Notes: generated from the letters alone by a model not told the origin. A stretch of 64,000 bases of DNA from the human T2T-CHM13v2.0 reference genome, Homo sapiens (GCF_009914755.1 NC_060928.1), one strand, 5' to 3'. Shown: positions 18,716 through 33,173, numbered from the stretch's first letter. Program-made: numbers and translations.

Positions 18716-20256
18716 CAAACATCTATATTTTCTATTATCTTTCCTTCTCCCTTTTCATCTTTAAGGAATTTGGACCCCATATTCTAAGACTCATTTCTCA
18801 GCCTGGGCTTTTGCCCAACTCATTTGACCTTCATCCAGACCTTCTCCATCATTTTTCCTTGCTTCTTTTAGTGAAACCTTGCACTTTCTGCTCACTCTGG
18901 TTCATTTCCCTCAGCTTCAAACATTGAGATCATAGTAGCCAGATTCAGTTCACAAAGCATCCTTCACATAAAGTTTTGCTAAGGAAATAACAAAGATGTG
19001 TACAAAGATTTTTGATCAAGGATAGCCATTGTGGAAATATAGTAGGAAGCATTGGAAAATGCCCCAGTGGTCAACAATATAGGTTAGCTAAATAAATTAG
19101 GGCAATATTGGTTAGCTAAATAAGATGGGGTGTTTTAGAAAAATAGAAAATGTTATGGGAAATTCTTTAGTCATGGGTAAATATGTCAAGCTGGTATTAA
19201 GAATCATATAAATGCATGTGATGTCTGCAGGCAGGCACATGTGGGTGTTATGCATTGAAAAATGCATACATGCTATTTCTGGCTTGTGAGATACAGGCTA
19301 ACTTTAATTTTCTTTGAGTTTCCTTGTATTCTCTAAACTTCATACAAAAAAACTTATTTTCTTTCTATAATAGGTGAGAAAACAATGTTTTTTAAAAAAT
19401 GCTTCTTTGCCCTTGTGTCCTTTCAAATGTCAACTCATTTATTTCTTTCTCTTAGCTATCTTTCTCCTTAAAGTACAGTTTACATAAGCTACCTCCTTCC
19501 ACTTCTTTCCTGATTATTTACTTTTCAATCTAATGCCAGTTCATTGAGCCCCCATCATGGGTCATGCACTGAGCAAAGCACAGAGCAAGTCACTGAGGAT
19601 ACAAGGATGGTGGTGGCTGAAAAAATAATGTTTTTTTCCATCAAGAGCTTTAACAGGCTGCTAAGAAATGAAGTACTCTCTCCGTTGAATCTATCCCAAG
19701 AAATAAGTCCACAAAGACCACAAATATACCACAATGTTTATGATAACACCAGTTTAATAAGTACCTAAAAATGTAATTACTGAAACTCTCATAAATCTCA
19801 CTTCTGCATCATTCCAAAATCCATAAACAAACACAAAAATGCTCTTAAAGTAATTCCAGATTAATAACATGAATCAAGCTTCTAGTACTAGAGTTTATGA
19901 CTAGAATCCTAATAATAGTTTTTCATTGATGTTGCTTAAAAATAAGAAAAAAGATTGATTTATAGTAATAACATAGATATAAATATCTGTATCCCTAGAG
20001 TTCTGCTTTGCAAATATTAAAGAATTTTTTTATGGTGAGAAACCAATATACATTTATTAGATAATACTTGCCAATAAGTAAAAAGTAAATAAAATAAGAA
20101 TCACACATATATATGAGTATAAATTAATCATTTTGGAGTGGAATTTACAGCTTCAGTTTTTACAGATAGTTTCTTTCTTTCTTTCATTATCTGGGTTAAA
20201 CAAAGGAAGAAGAAACTACTGTTGGCAAGTTGCAATGGCTTCTTTCCTCTAATGTT

Positions 20257-20410
20257 TATATGTGTGTGTGTGTGTGTATTTGTGTGTATATATAATATAT
20301 TTAGTATATTTGTGTATATATATAGTATAGTGTATTTGTGTATATATATTTGTGTATATATGTGTACATTTAGTATATATATTTGTATATACATACAGAC
20401 ATATATATAT
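20257..20410. repeat. (TG)/(TA) low-complexity repeat
   Basis: Degenerate TG/TA dinucleotides. Confidence 0.85.
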
Positions 20411-22069
20411 AAATCTTATCCTTATGTAGTGAATACAATACTATGTGAATACACTATGATTATGAAGTGATTATATAGTAACATTCTAATCTCCTGGTTA
20501 TGAAAAAAATACTTAAAAGTTTATACTGAAAGGGGAGGATGTGTTAATCTGTTTTAAGTTTAGGCTACAGGCAGAATATGACTTCTCCCAACCAAAGGCA
20601 ACATTCTTGCTAACTTTAGTATATGTTAGGTTTCAAATACCAAGAACAGAACTTGGAACAACATGGACATTTACAGGGCAATCACAGTAAAACCTGCTGC
20701 AGTAGAGGCACCTCAGATGGATGCTTAACCAGCCTTATAGGTCAGGAATATCCTCCTGAGGGAAATAGCATAAAGACATTTAAGCTGAGTCTTACAATGT
20801 TAGCTAGTCTGAGAGGAAACCAAGATAGGGTGACAAGTTTTTTTTTCCCACTTAATATCATTTGATTAAGTGTCCTTGATTTGATTAAGTGTCCATGCTT
20901 GGCTCCAAACATGGAAACTGGGAAGCTAAAAAATAGTCATTCTCTAGACATTAAAGCTGCAGCTTCTCTTAAGGCTGATTCTCAGTGATATTTTAGCTCT
21001 TGATCACATTACCTTACCGGGTTTGATCATCTCTAAGATTCTACTATAGGTGGGAGTATCACATGGATTGCACTGACTTTCAGGATCTTTGGATTCTCAT
21101 CCATACGTTCATGCATCCATCCATCCATCCATCCAAACCATATGTACTCATATGTTGAAAGGGGTCATGGTTGATACCATGGTATAATGAGCTGTGAAGC
21201 TTCTCCATTTAGGGAGTTTTTCATGTAATAGGTAGGGCTAAGTCGAGTGCATGTGGCAGGCACAAGCAGAATCTGCAGAAGTTCTGAGAGTCCATGTAAT
21301 CGAAACAGTCTCCTCTTTGACAACAAGGCAGTTTTTCTTCTGACTTCACTGCATTCATTACATACCATTACTACAGATACTGTAATTCTTTCCTTTGGGC
21401 CTTTAACATTCTCTGTGGGAACATTATTTATCAAAGAGTAAAATTTTGAAACTTAATAAAACAAACATAGGAGAGATTCATGACTAACACTGGTACAATA
21501 GTGCCCTTGGGTCAAACATTTGCTTTACTAAAATGCCAAACAGTCTCCAGTTTCTACCAATAAAACATGACTTCATTTGCTTTCAGCACTGTTGGAATGC
21601 CTCTACTATAGCCCTTAGTCAGAGGAGATATAATTATGACTATAGCTTCACTGATATTGGATGTTATAAGTGGACATTCAGACCAATTAGAAAGAGGAAT
21701 GTCTGGGAAAGAACAGTCAAGGGAAGGAAGACTGTTGGCCTTGCAACAGGAGACCTAGCCAAGGGTATTTGACACATTAGATGCAGGATGCCTAGTGAAA
21801 TACCTTGAGAAACAATAGTGAAGCTATGAATTGGAAGGAAACATTTCAGCAGAAGCAATCTGAATGATGCACACGATCATATCATTTTCTTGCTCAAAAC
21901 AACCCAGTGATTCCTCTTTGGAATTAGAATAGGTCTCTTCAGGGGGACTGACAGCATCCTTGCAGTCCAGACCATACATTTTCTTTTTCCTTACTTTCAA
22001 CTTTTCCTCTTTTCCCTCCCCCTGTCCTTTCCTTTCCCTTCCTTTCCTGTCTTTCTTTTCCTTTCCTTT

Positions 22070-23295
22070 CCTTCTAATAATACATTTAAGGGGTACAAGT
22101 ACAGTTTTGTTACATGGATATATTGTGTAGTCATGAAGTATGGGCTTTCCATGTAACCATCACATGAATGGTGTACATTGTACCCATTAAGTAATTTTCT
22201 CATCTCCCAACCCCCTCTACCCTTCCAGCCTCACATCCTTCCAAGTCTCCAATGTCTATTATTCCATTCTCCATGTCCGTGTGTACACATTATTTTCAAC
22301 TTCATCTATTCCATATTATCTTCTTAAAGTGTTTTAAAAAATTATTTTTAAATTGTTAAAATAGTATATATAGTATATATTTATCATATGTAACATGATG
22401 TTTTGAAATACGTATGCATCATGGAATGGTTCAAGAGAGATAATTTACATATGCATGCTCTCATTTTTTGTACTGAGAACATTAAAAATCTACTCAGCAA
22501 TTTTCAAAAATATGTTATTAACTGTAGTCACATTGTTTGCAATAGATCTCTAAGTTATTCCTCCTATCTAAATGAAAATTTGTATCCTTTCACTTACATC
22601 TAACCCACCACCACTCCCAGCTCCAGACCCTGTTAATCACCGTTTTACTTTCTACTTCTATAAGATCAAGTGTTTTAGATTTCACATATATGTGATCTCT
22701 TGCAGCACACGTCTTTGTGTGCCTGGCTTCTTTCACTAAACATAATGTCCTAAAGGTACCTACATGTTGTTGTAAATGACAGAATTTCCCTCTTTTTAAA
22801 AGGCCAGATAGTATTCTATTGTGTATATGTACCACATTTTATTTATCCATTCATCTGTCAATTGACTCCGTAGTCTAGCCATTGTGAATAATGCTGCAAT
22901 GAACATGAGTGTGCAGGTATCTCTCTTCAATTTATTTTTTTTCCTTTGGATATATTTATTTTCCTTTGGATATATACCCAGAAGTAAGATTTGCTGGATC
23001 ACATGGAATTTCTATTTTTAATTTTTGGAGGAACTTTATGCAGTTTTCTGTAATGGCTGTGTTGTTTTTGTTTTTTTTTTTTTTGGTTTTTGGAGACAGA
23101 GTCTTGCTCTGTTGCCCAGGATGAAGTGCAGTGGAGTGATCTCAGCTCACTGCACCTCTGCATAATGGCTGTAATTTATATTTCCACCAAAAGTGTACTA
23201 GGGTCCTCCTTTTTTCCACATATCTGCCAGTACTTGTCATCTTTTGTCTTTTTGATAACAGCCATTCTAACAGGTGTGAAATGGTATCTCATTGT
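22070..23295 (-). mobile_element. L1MA-type 3' fragments (probably two elements)
   Basis: Reverse L1 3' UTR and ORF2-end motifs; the minus-strand ORF 22796-23002 (KMWYIYTIEYY) is homologous to the ORF2 C-terminus. Confidence 0.85.
23061..23162 (-). mobile_element. Severely 5'-truncated Alu inserted in L1MA
   Basis: About 70 bp of right-arm 3' end plus T-tail; TSD TAATGGCTGT (23051-23060, 23163-23172). Confidence 0.8.
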
Positions 23296-23349
23296 TCCCC
23301 CCCATTCTTGTTCCCTGATTTCCAATTGCAGGTCTTATCCTTCTGCTCC

Positions 23350-24020
23350 TTAAGCCTTCCCAGGCATTCCTCTTGCCTTGGAACTTGCTGTTCCTTCTAC
23401 CTGGGAGTCTTTTCTCTGATCTTTACAATATGGATTCTCTCTTATGTAGATCTTAGCTCTAATGTCATCTCTTCAGAGATACTTCTGGTCACCCTGTCTA
23501 CAGCAGCCCCTCCTTTCCTCTCCCTTCTCAGGCCATCACTCTCTATTCCTTTGCAATAATTGATTTTCCTTATATCGTATCTCACTACCAAAAATTGTTG
23601 TTTATTAATTTTCTTGTATATTGCTGCTTGTTTTCTTATTTATTGACAGGCAGTACAAAGCAGTGGTTAAGGATAAGAATAAACTCCAGAGTCAGCTTGG
23701 GTTTGAATCCCATCTCTATCACTATGCAGGTGACCATGGCAAGTTACTTAATTTCCCTATGTTTCAATTTTATCATTAATAAAATTGGGATAAAAATAGT
23801 ACCTGCCTCATAGGATTATTGTGAGAATTAAATGAGCCAATCAGCATAAATCACTTAGAACAGTACCTGAAACATAGTAGCACTAAATAAATTGTTATTA
23901 TTATTTGTCTTTTACATTAGAATAACAGTAAGAATCTTAGCCCTCTAGTTCAAATGCTGAATTCTCTAGCATCTAGCATAGTGTTTTGCAATAGCAGATA
24001 CTCAATCAATACTTGAATAA
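23350..24020. mobile_element. L2 fragment containing a MIR (~23648-23900)
   Basis: TCTAATGTCATCTCTTCAGAGA and L2-type end; MIR core GGGTTTGAATCCCATCTCT...CTTAGAACAGTACCTG. Confidence 0.7.
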
Positions 24021-24934
24021 ATGTTTTATAGGAGATTGCCTAGAGGAGGAGAAGAAATTTTCAGGGGACTAGATCTGAAAAAGCAATTTAAGTCACAGAT
24101 GAAAAGAAATTCGCTATTACGTAATGAAGACGAGAGATGGGAGGGGTTGTTAGCACAATTAGCTGTAACCTGGTATTAATGAGGCCAAGGTGATAGGTTT
24201 GGCACTTTTGTGTGTTCCACTTAGGTTCGTTCTCTGCCATGATCATTTGTTCTGCATTTGTATGGCTAGTCAGCTGTCTTATGCATCAATGCCCACAATC
24301 AGGAAGAGAGAGAACAAAGAAATACATTTATCAATTATGGCTAAGGAAAATCCATCTGAAAGTGTCTTCCTGATAAACAGTGGTGATTCTTGGTGTTGTC
24401 AATATGGCATATTTCAGTACTAGCTCTCTACTGAGTTCAAACCACCTAGCACAGGTGATCTCATACTAATAATATTTCCAGTGCTTAAACAACCCCCTCC
24501 TGAGATGGAAGTTGGGTTTGAGAAATTAGGATGAGCATTCCCAATTTCTTCTCCCTTCCTGAAATATTTTTGGTTGCCACCAGGTGGTACTAGGTAAGCA
24601 CATCCGAACAGGACAATGTAGTTTTATTATACAAAAGATTGCCAAGAGTTGCAAAAAAATTCCTACGTATAACTTCTAGAAAGATTACTATTGTATAAGA
24701 CAGAATACACTTCACTTTTGGTTTAGACTTTTAAAACAATGTTTCATACTATCTAATATTCAAATTGTGCTAAGGTTTGGGAGAAGACTCCATCTTCCTA
24801 TGATGAACGCTTTCATTTTGGAGTAGCTTTTGTCTTAAGCAGGAATTAAAAATCCTAAGTCATGACAATTTCAGGTCTCCAGAGAAAGCCTTCTCATTTT
24901 CCCTTAGAAATTTACTTGGAATTTCGTCAGGAGT

Positions 24935-25150
24935 TTTCTTCCCCTCCTTTTCTTCTTTATCTTCCTCTTCCTCCTTTTCTGCTCATTCTCCTCCTCCTAC
25001 TCCCTCTTCCTCTTCTTCCTCTCTGTCCTCTTCCTCTTCTTTTTCTTCCTCCTCCCTTTTCTTCTTCTTCTTCCTCCTCCTCCCCCTCCTCTTCTCCTTT
25101 TTCTCTTTTTCCTTCTCCTTCTTCTAATCTCCTATTTTCCTTCTCTGCTT
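24935..25150. repeat. Polypyrimidine (CTT/CCT)n low-complexity tract
   Basis: About 215 bp almost entirely C/T on the + strand. Confidence 0.9.
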
Positions 25151-26245
25151 CATAGACACGTGCTTTTGCCTGTCTTAGTTTACTCATCTGAGAAATGGGG
25201 CTAGAAATACATGCCTAACTAGGTTCTTTAAATGTGAAAGCATGTATTTGAGTGAGTAGTCAGTAAAAGATAGCTTGTCTTTGTCATCATCATTCTAATG
25301 GACATTTTCAACTAATCCTTAGGGTCAAAATTATTCCAGTTCATTTTCTTTATTTGATAGGATTTTAACTGTCTTTTTATCCATTTCCATAATTGGCAAA
25401 TGAGTTCACATGAGGCATCTACTGTATCAGCATGCAGCTATGAGAAGAAGCATCAGAAAAAATAATTGCCACTGCCTGGGCACAAATTTTTCCCTCCCTG
25501 TCTTAACAAACTGCTTTATTTCTGACCCCTTAACTACAGTGTTTCTTGTTCAATGCTGAGTACATCTTGCAAACCAAGCTTGAAACACAGACCTGCTCTC
25601 TATCCTAGAGAGTAACCTTCTTTCTTTAATCTGAAACATAAATAACCTACCTCTTATTTCCAGGTGAATAGCTGTCTATTTCTATTTGACTTTCTGATCA
25701 TGTGTCCACTTTTCCAAGCTTATATCCTCAATATCCCTTTTACAAAGATTTACCCTGTCTTTCCTTTTCCTCTGAGTATAATACTATTTTAAGAACTTTC
25801 TGCTCAGAACTTTTATTATCCTGAAGACTACAGCCAAATTGTCATAAGGAAACAGTGACTTTGTGAAAGAAGTATGTACTTTTCAAAGCTCAACTCCTTG
25901 TCCAGACACATCTGGCAACACCTACAAATACTGTCAGCTAAGGCTCCTGCTGTGGTCATAGAACTACAGCATTATCTCAGAGAGTCTGTAAAGTCCTCTT
26001 ATTCTGGGGAAGTGGGTAAGAAAGTCGAAGTAGGGATGGAATAAGGGAAAGAGAGTGTAGATAAAAGAAATTCTCCTGAAGAGTATGTCACCTTTTCAAG
26101 CATCTCTAAGTGAAATTGGTTCAGATTCCTAATCTTACATACAATTCAATAATTAAAGAAGGGTTAAGATAAATTCAAATCGGCATCACTTATGCATTTA
26201 AAGAACACGTACAATTTTCCTTTCTGCTTTCTCAACCCTTTTTAA

Positions 26246-26539
<294 letters not shown>

Positions 26540-29500
26540 TCAATCTTTTTATTTAATAGCCCAACTTCACAGGATTTAGAAAAAATAGTCACCAAATATC
26601 CTATTTTAGGGTAGCATGAGCATTTTCTTTTTCCTGAACTCCATATGTTTGGCTTAAGGCAATGTGGATATTTTCTCATTTTATTTTATTCTCAGCAATA
26701 TAGCAAGAAGTAATTCATTTATTTTGTTAAATCTCTAATGTATAGCTTAGCTGAAGTCAATAAAAGTCAAAGTTACCATTCACATAGGCTATGGTCCATT
26801 TCTGACAATCTCAAAACCATGCCATGGCACTTAAAAAAACCTGCTATTTTATATGTATACTTAGGTTTCTCATTCAAAACTAAGCAAACATGGAATTCAA
26901 AGGAAGTTAATCATGTGTGACTGCAGAGTGGAAATAAAATGAAATTTCTAATGGTAACAAATATATAATCAGATCATTAATGTTTATTAAGGGCAAAGGG
27001 ACATTCCAAACACTGCGGCAAATTGTAAAGTGCTGTAACCTCTAAGAGTGAGACCTGCTCTGTCATCCTCACTGAGATTTCTACCTAATTCGTTAAAATT
27101 CATTTTTGTTTATTTTAAGTATGCATACTTGCCCTCTGCTAGGAACAGAGGGAAATGCGTGAAAAGGTTAATGGGGTTTTGATTACTTGAATGGGCAGAG
27201 GAGAATTCCTTGTCAGGAGCACATTGCCTGTAGGTCAAACTGGTTACAATAATGCCCTATGGTTTTAGGGCATTTAGATTCTCCTTACTAATTCTTCAGA
27301 ATCCTCATTTTTTTTTTCTGCAGGTATTTTTCTCTGCCTGCAGATCATGCACTCTCTATGCTCAATACATTCTGACAACACACTAGTCCTGCTCTAATTC
27401 ACCTGAGACAAAATGGCAGCAAATACAAAATAACCTTCCAGGCTGGCTCGAAATTAGCATAGGCTCTGTAGCCCAACGGCCCCAGGGCTGAAAACTGTAC
27501 CCTTTACTAGACAGATAACTTTGGGAAAGTCACTCAATTTTTCTGAACTTCAGTTTTATCATCTGTCAAATGGGTCTAACTATCAATAATGACAATTGCT
27601 GCCAATTCCCAGTTCATCAGGTAGATGTGACAGTAATATGAGAAAACTTTTACAAATCATGTAGCACATAGTCAACAGATCAGTATTTACTAATACTACT
27701 TAAGTATGTGGAGGAAATGCTTGTCATATTTAATAATTTTTAGTTATTTATCTTAGTCATGAGTTTTGATTATTGACAACATTGCTCCAAAGAGTTTTGT
27801 TTTAATTGCCTTACAGATGCTGTGTTATAAAGGAGGACAGTTTTGTGCTGGAGTGAAGGATAAACACAGGGGAAAGGCACATTTTCAAAGCAGCAATCTC
27901 TTGACTAGCCATATCCTGCTTTTTACTCACTTAAACCTCTAAATCCACAGCTGCAAGCAACCAAAGGCCACAAGTCCCAAAGAAGCAATCTAATCAAAGA
28001 AAACATTGAATCAAACTGGCTTCTCTCCCTTCTCCTCAACTGGCATGAAAAATGCTAAAGGTGGTAATAATAATAATATATTTAACATTTCTCATGTTTT
28101 TTGTTTCTAAAACATATGGTTTCTTGCTACATGTAGAGAATTGCTAAGACATTCATTTCAGCTTTCAGCTCTTGCAAATTAAACATACGTTGTGTAAAAA
28201 CTACTTTAAATGAATGATTTTTGAAATGAAGTTTTAAAAAGTACTCTTTGAGAGATGAACTCCCTTTTTTCCATATATGTATCTGGATTTCTTTATGTCT
28301 TTTTTGAGTAGCATCCCCTCACAAGAGTAGCATCCCGAAGGAAACTTCATAGCATTAACCATCATGGTAATAGATTAATTACTAATACAAGTATTTGTTT
28401 AAGGTCTAACTTATTAACTAGAGGGTGAGATCTCTAACAGCAGGGGTCCTGCCTGTTCACCACTTCATCATCAAAATCTAGAAAGGAGCTAGGCACATAG
28501 TAGAACCTCAAAAAAGTTTGGAAAGGCAGAACAGGTTGTGGTGAGGAGACAGCTGTAGAGTTAGAAAGTCCTAGAATTGAATCTGAATAAAACCTTACAC
28601 ACTCTTTGCATACTTGGGCAAAATTCTTAAGTTCCCTAATCAGTTTCCTCTTTGATAAAATAAGGAGAATAATACTTATGTTGCAGAGCTATTGTAAAAA
28701 GAGTAAAATAATAATGTATCTAAAGCATACAGAATTATACCTGATGCATTCCAAGTGTTTTATAAATAATTGCTATTATAATTATCATGATTACTGTATA
28801 GTGGATACATGTAGAATTAATTATTTAATGTGATGCTGAGGACCAGGCCTTGACTATTGAGTCTTTTTAAAGGCATTGTCTCCCAGTTTCCCATCTGCTT
28901 CACAGCTCCATCCATATGCCTTTTTGAAATACACATCCAGCTCCTGGTCCTTTTTAAACTTCGAGAAAAAGCATCTTATGTCATCAAATGTCAATGTAAT
29001 ATTAAAGGCATTTGTATCTCTGTTTAAGATCCCACATCTGTTATCAGTTAATATTTTGAGAGATTCTTACTAGCAGCAGTTTCTGATCCATGCCATAAAA
29101 AATGCTTTTCATAAAATTGTGTACAAAACCCACTTATGTTTTAAAAGCCCAATGATAGCTCACTAAGTATAGTGATTTCTTCAACATGATGTTGTCATCT
29201 GATAGGTGTGTAGGGAAGCAAAGCACATTTGCACTTGTCCTAAGAAATAAAAAGGGTCCTTCTGAAGTTCATTTAACTCAACTTTTCTATTCTCCTCAGT
29301 TAAAAGGTTTTGCCACTTGAGAGTGAAAAATTATGACCATAGAAATTACATTTTAGTAATTACTCAGATTTATAAAATCATTTTTCAAATACCAAAGGTC
29401 TAGTAAAACATTAACATTCAGGGATTTCACTTTCCCCTTTATTTCTAAAATTTGCATTTTATGTTATGCCTTCAGCTTTTCTAATGAGGATTCAAAACAT

Positions 29501-29889
29501 GTTCATCATCAAACCATTGATGCATCTGGATGTCTACAACTTTGTAGTTTAAGTCCATCCCTTATACAGTAGATAACTATTGAAGAAAACCAAAACTAAT
29601 GTAATCTTTGTGAAGAAACAGGGTTTTTTTCAGAAATATGAGACTAGAGACCCAAAGATTTCAAAATTTCTGTGGGAGTGTTGATGGCCGTGGCCATTTC
29701 CCACTCCTGAATACTAATTTTGCATGTTCCCAAACTGCAATTCTTTGGAGTCTCCTGAGTCATCTTTTAGTTGGTAATATTGTTGTTGCTTCCTTTGCTA
29801 AGTATAATCTACTAAACAATCTTGGAGTTCTGATTACAGACCACTGCAGTATCTTTTAAGTAACTCTGGGAAACATGAAGCCTAATGTT

Positions 29890-29996
29890 TTGGTTCGTTA
29901 GTATTGGTTAGTATTCATTAGTATTGGTTCGTTGGTATTGGTTAGTATTCATTAGTATTGGTTCATTAGTATTTGGTTCAGCAGTATTGGTTAATA
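29890..29996. repeat. Minisatellite: 34-bp higher-order unit built from TTAGTA/TTGG/TTCA
   Basis: TTGGTTCGTTAGTATTGGTTAGTATTCATTAGTA at 29890-29923 and 29924-29957 (1 mismatch), then partial units. Confidence 0.85.
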
Positions 29997-32374
29997 TGAT
30001 TTCAAGTATGGAGGAGAGGACCGCCCAACAAGAATGCTGTGTGTGCCACACCTCCCTTACCATTTGAACTAAGTGCAACCTTTCATTGTTTCTTTTTGCG
30101 AGTGGGTGGGGGGGGGCACTGAGGGTGGGAGGGCAACTCCTATGTACCAGACATGGAATCAGGTGCTGGAGATTCAGTGATAAACCAGGAAAGATGAATG
30201 AAACCCAAAAACCAAACTAGAAAGGTTAGCAAACAGTTATCAACCAACATTCTAAACCCCAATGGCTTTAAAGGTAAGTCTAGGGATGTTGTACTTTATT
30301 TGCCATCTCTTAAAAAAGGAATTAAAAAATACAAGAAGAAAGAAACTCTAATGGCCAGTAGCCATAAAATCTATTTACATATTCTTCCACCTCTCAAGTC
30401 TCATGCAAATTAATGTGTAATTACATTTAGATGGCGCAGCTGCTCTGACACTCTGCTCCCAGCTTTTATTTCTGAGTTTCAAAGGTTTCATAAGGAAACC
30501 TTGAAAGAAAAAAGTAAATATTTTGAAAAGGAGTTACAATTTGTCAGCAGTAATCCTTCCCTGGATAGGCAAAGAAAGGCAAATCTTGGTAGATGAGAGA
30601 ATTGTGGCTTTTGAAAATAATAGCATTACACTGAAATTTAATCTGCTAGCGTTATTTTTTCCAAGCAAACCCTCTTTGCATTCAATTTGTCATTTATTAC
30701 AGTAAGAAGCAACAGGGTCCAAAAGAGAATTGTTTGCAGTAAGCACAGAGATATTCTCAACAAAGGTAGAATTTGATAGCATGCACAAAACAACACATTA
30801 CTTATCCAGCATTCTGAGTCACCTTTTCAGCAAAGAACCTTGTGTATTTGATAGCAAAGGGAGAAGAAATCGTGTTTATTGGAATGTTAAAATGCGTGAT
30901 AGGGCGGACATTCTATTTTAAAGAAATATGAGACTGGAATATTGATTCTGCCACATACGAAGGCTGGAAAGTATTCATAAATGATCAATTGCCTATAGTT
31001 TAATGACGGAAGATAGGCATTGGTTTCCCAAACCTTTTTATGCTACAACAAAACCGCACACCAAGCCCTGCCGGAGGGTGCTGTATAATCATCAGAGCCC
31101 TTTCTGAGTATGTCAGGATGATGCGCCCTAGTGCTGAAAGATGGTGGTTACATGAGCAACAGAATGCTAGTTAGCAAGGCAATGAGGAGCTGAGGTCCAC
31201 ATTAACCATGGTCGGTGCACCTAATCATGAATCACAGCTGTGCCACCCTTGGCAGATGAACAATCTCTTACAGATAAGACAAATTTTATCTGGGATCAGT
31301 ATAGTCTTTTAAATGATGTATGAAACCAATTTAAGAAAGGCTGAGTTATTCCAAATAGTATGGCTTTTATTCTTTATTTGTCAGTTTCATCATTCCCTCC
31401 TTGCTGACTATTCAGATACATGTAAAGGAGACAGCCAATGGTTTGGCACATAGTTGGCACACAATGAATGGCAGAGATCCTTGTTTGTGTTAGTATTTTG
31501 ATTATTTTTCTTACCACAATAACATGACCTGAACCATGATCAATCTGTCTTTATGCTTCCAGTAGAGATCTTGATTCATAGCTCTCCCTAATATTAATCC
31601 ATTTCATATTGTTTTATATTATAGTTAACATGAATTGATTTTGAATCCTTTCCTCTAGAAGTATAACTTGTTTGAGACACTTACAAGCAGACATTCAATT
31701 ATATTCAGAGGGAAAATTTATAACAGTTCAGGAGAGGAATTTAACTGTCATGTATTCCACCAGCAGGTAATGTCAGCATTTTCTTATAGTTAAATGGCTT
31801 CATCAAGTTACTCTATTGCTTTAATTCTAGGATGCCATCAATTTTAGGGCACATTATCAGTTGAGTCTCAATTCTTTTACACTCTTGAGGAAAACACTCC
31901 ATTTAAGGTATGGATTAATTATAAATGATATCCTGGTTTAGAAACATTCTAAGATAAACTGCATTTTTTTAAAGTTGAAATTGATAGTAATTTGTGAGCA
32001 TGACGTAAGTGCACAAAATCTTACATGCTTTATGGTCTTTAATGTTGACTTAAAACTATAATATCAAAAGAGAAAAATTAACAGAGCCTAATTACTCTCA
32101 ATTTATAAAGGACAGGTTTCATTTTCAATCACTCTCCAGTTTTCTCAGGTTTCTTATTCAGCCGTATAATGTCAGGCAGGATACTAACCAGATTAGGCTT
32201 TATCCTCATATCTTTGAAAACATAAGTTCCATAACAAAATTTTCCCTAGAGGTTACTTCCAGTATTACAGCATCTAAGTGATTCATTATAAGCACTGAAA
32301 AGGGTCACATGTATTACTTTATTCATTTAAATGAAAAGAAATAAAAAAATTCTTTATTTAAAAAGAAAAATAAT

Positions 32375-32516
32375 GGCAGGCCTTGGCCACTCATGCCTGT
32401 AATCCCAGCACTTTGGGAGGCTGAGGCTGGAGGACTGCTTGAACCCAGGGGTTTGAGACCAACTTGGGTAACATAACAAGACCCACACACCACCCCCCAG
32501 CCCTGCCGCCCCGTCT

Positions 32517-32561
<45 letters not shown>

Positions 32562-32729
32562 ATAATAATTAGTTGGGTGTGGTGGCACATGCCTGTCGTT
32601 CCAGCTACTCAGGAGGCTGAGGCAGGAGGACAGCTTGAGACAGGAGGATGAGGATGTTGTGAGCAGTGATTGCACCACTGCACTCCAGCCTGGGAGACAG
32701 AGCAAGACCCTGGCTAAAAAAAAAAAAAA
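32375..32729 (+). mobile_element. AluJ with (TAC)n expansion in the middle linker
   Basis: Alu arms; about 14 TAC units at 32518-32559; A tail. Confidence 0.88.
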
Positions 32730-33173
32730 GTCTGGTTGTTTGTTTTAGAAGAGTAATAATGAAGACTCATAAATGATCACAGCCTAGGAGGCCCTACAAA
32801 ATGGCTGCAATTATTCTGCTGATGTTGGACAAGCTATTTTTTAGGATCAATTAGTTAATTGTGTGTTGCTTTAATTACTTACACTCTTTTTAAAGCTTTC
32901 TTTGTGTCACAGCTGAGCTCAGGAGAAAAAGTAAAGCTTGCAGAGCAATTCTTTAAGTGTGGATGTAAAATATACTAATGGATTTACTTGCTAGCTGGCA
33001 CAGTGTTTAAATAGGGTCCTGCTCACGCTGAGAAAAAATATTTTATCAGCACCTGACTCCAAAGAGTCAAGAATATGGAGAAACTCACATTTCTCTCATG
33101 ATGGGTAATTTCTGGGTATGCAAAGCTCCCTGTAGCAGTCATTCAGTATGGATCACTTATTGCAATTTTAAAT

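Noticed and set aside
19075-20894. Small tandem duplications (GGTTAGCTAAATAA twice near 19082-19123; ATTTGATTAAGTGTCC twice at 20860-20894)
   Set aside because: Ordinary slippage-type micro-duplications with no sign of function.
24168-24190. Reverse GCCTCATTAA as a fourth module copy
   Set aside because: Only about 10 bp match, with no collinear neighbouring blocks.
24862-25187. Pro/Ser-rich and Glu/Arg-rich ORFs
   Set aside because: Translations of the CT low-complexity tract.
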